Positions 62,257 to 64,000 of a DNA stretch of 64,000 nt are shown one piece after another. The notes beneath the pieces are model-generated. The model had not been told where the DNA came from. It was given only the letters and a program-made list of their open reading frames with translations, and ran no database searches. Source of the DNA: Amoebophrya sp. A120 (taxonomy: Eukaryota; Protista; Dinoflagellata); assembly GCA_905178155.1 (NCBI GenBank), contig CAJINV010000006.1:3475573-3539572 (forward strand). The letters are read 5' to 3'. Made by a program: the position numbers and the translations under genes. The first letter of the stretch is position 1. The number at the start of each line of letters is the position of its first letter.

Positions 62257-63376
62257 GGTTTCTGGTTGGTAGTTAAATAATACGCAGGTCTGCTCGCAGG
62301 TATTCAAGATTTTACTTAGACAGAAAGCGTACTACTACAACACTTTGTGCAGCTGAGAGAGACAACTACAATCTCAGCCAGTAGGTCACCAACATCGTCA
62401 CTGTCTTCATATTCACCCAGCACCCAACATCAATATGTGTCGCCGTTGGCAAAAAGAAGAAGAAACTGCGAAAGTAGTAGGTGATATTGATTGATAACAG
62501 GGAAACAAAACACAAGGGACCTGTCGTGTCGGAATGTTAAGGCAACGTCGAGAGAAGATCGATGAAAAACGGACGAAGACCGATGCCGGATAGCATTTCT
62601 TCACGCTTACCGAACCTCCGAAAGATGAGGACGGAACTGCGGCTGTCGGTTGTGCTCTCTTTCAAAAGTGGCGCTCGTGCGACGTTGTCAACAATCGCAA
62701 ACGAAGATCTTCCGAGTAATAGTTGTTCCTGGTTCGTTACAACTTCAAAAACCGAAAACAGCAACGAAAGGACGTGGTAGCTGCCAATCGCTAAACGAAA
62801 CCGACACGAGATTCATGAGCAGCTTCTCTCTCGTCTAGTATTATATCGCTAGTACTTGCTGCTGCTGCAGCGCGGCCGAAATCCTGATAATTAAGTACAC
62901 AAATGCGAGCACACGTCAGCTGCTTCGCCAGACATGCGTTTTTCATCTCTTCTTCTGCAGTAGCACTGTGACGACAGATTAGATACAAGGCTTCACTGGT
63001 GTTCAGTTTTTCTGCGCTGGGTACTACGACCAGGGGGGTGTGGTCCGAAATTTTTTACAAGTGGTTGATATTGAACTTTGAGCTTCACAAATGCTAATCA
63101 GCAGTTTTTTCTTCAAATCGAGGCTGATTAGAAAATCAATTTTCTGGCAACGTTGGTACCAGTTTGATCATCAAATAAACATGAAGCGACGTAACCTCGC
63201 TTAGGTTTCGTGCTCGTTGTAACTTCAATGAAAATAAGTAAATGTGTTCTACTGAACAATTTGATTATTGAATTTTGGAGAAAGTCGATAGAAGCCCAAT
63301 TTCTGAGTTTTCAACTTGCTTTTCTTGTACGGTAATCCAGAAAAGAAAAACCGCCGTCGATCCCTTGTTCGATTCC

Positions 63377-64000
63377 TCACCTCGGCGGCAGCAAGTATTC
63401 ATCCGCCAACAGGTATGGAAGCGTCAGGTTTGAAATCGACAAAGTTGAAATACAAGAAATAACTTGTAATGCATAAAATCGATACCAGTTGGAAGCCCAA
63501 TTTCTAAGCGGTGCATCACAAATTTTGGCTGTCCCTAAATCCAGTTTGTCATGCTGCTTAGGCAAAGAAGACTGTCTTTCTAATGCTACTTTACCAGCTC
63601 GAACAGGCTTACAATCGGCGTCACTTGCCTGCTCTGCAACACACGCACCTCGCGTCATGCATTCTATGCATTACGTATTATTTCAAGAACTTTGACGATT
63701 TCGATCCTGACACACCCATAACAGGTCATCCTCCTCGTCCACGATGTCTTCATGCCTTACCGTTTATCACACAGAAAAAAGCAGGCAGGTCACATTTGTA
63801 ATGCAAAAATAAATACACAAAAAAATCTGTATCGCATATCCGAAACAGCGTGCGGCGGGGCCTCCCATGAAAGACTTTTCTGTGTATTTATTTTTGCATC
63901 ACAAATGTGCCCTGCCTGCTTTTTTCTCTGGGATACCGTTGGACCCCTCCCGTCATCCTCGTCGTCATTGCCACCACCTGCATCCGCTACCCCCTCCTCC
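63377..64000 (-). CDS. 3' end of hypothetical protein (acidic tail); 5' beyond window
   Basis: ...GPTVRHEDIVDEEDDLLADEYLLPPR* in frame across 2 introners. Confidence 0.55.
63414..63720. mobile_element. Introner family D
   Basis: DR ACAGG. Confidence 0.9.
63765..63935. mobile_element. Introner, M-like with ~60-bp TIR
   Basis: DR CCGTT. Confidence 0.9.

Noticed and set aside
8206-63379. Genome-wide stop-codon reassignment
   Set aside because: Reconstructed conserved domains contain no internal stops, and TGA, TAA and TAG each end gene models
132-63801. Many short ORFs with recurring peptides (CITNF, RKFVM, NVKMSGSGRMQ, FQTQT, VRYFC) suggesting a repeat-protein family
   Set aside because: They are translations of introner TIRs and core motifs in arbitrary frames and strands

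Overview
Eukaryotic nuclear DNA whose architecture matches the parasitic dinoflagellate Amoebophrya (Syndiniales); the organism call is an inference from architecture only. By hand-splicing I reconstruct 11 protein-coding genes, all on the minus strand: an Acyl_transf_3 acyltransferase, a GT8/glycogenin-like glycosyltransferase, an F5/8-type-C domain protein, a COQ10/START-domain protein, a tail-anchored TPR protein, a cytochrome b561 protein and five hypotheticals. They are interrupted by about 100 non-canonical 'introner' insertions of 109-354 bp from at least 13 terminal-inverted-repeat (TIR) families (labelled A-M here). Nearly all start TAT and end ATA, are flanked by a 5-bp direct repeat (DR), and are filled with a shared TTTGT(C/G/A)ATGC motif. 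Removing element + 5 nt restores the reading frame at essentially every coding site I joined. Only 6 GT-AG introns were found. Highlights: (1) a 5,150-bp TIR element with a perfect 5-bp DR sits inside a coding gene and its removal restores the frame, like a giant introner; (2) near-identical elements occur in both orientations relative to transcription; (3) a 186-bp SINE-like insert with an 8-bp target duplication is nested in an introner; (4) several GT-AG introns carry the introner core motif; (5) GC-rich islands look like AT-to-GC-decayed repeats. Most entries in the supplied ORF track are translations of repeats. Splice points are inferred from DNA only.
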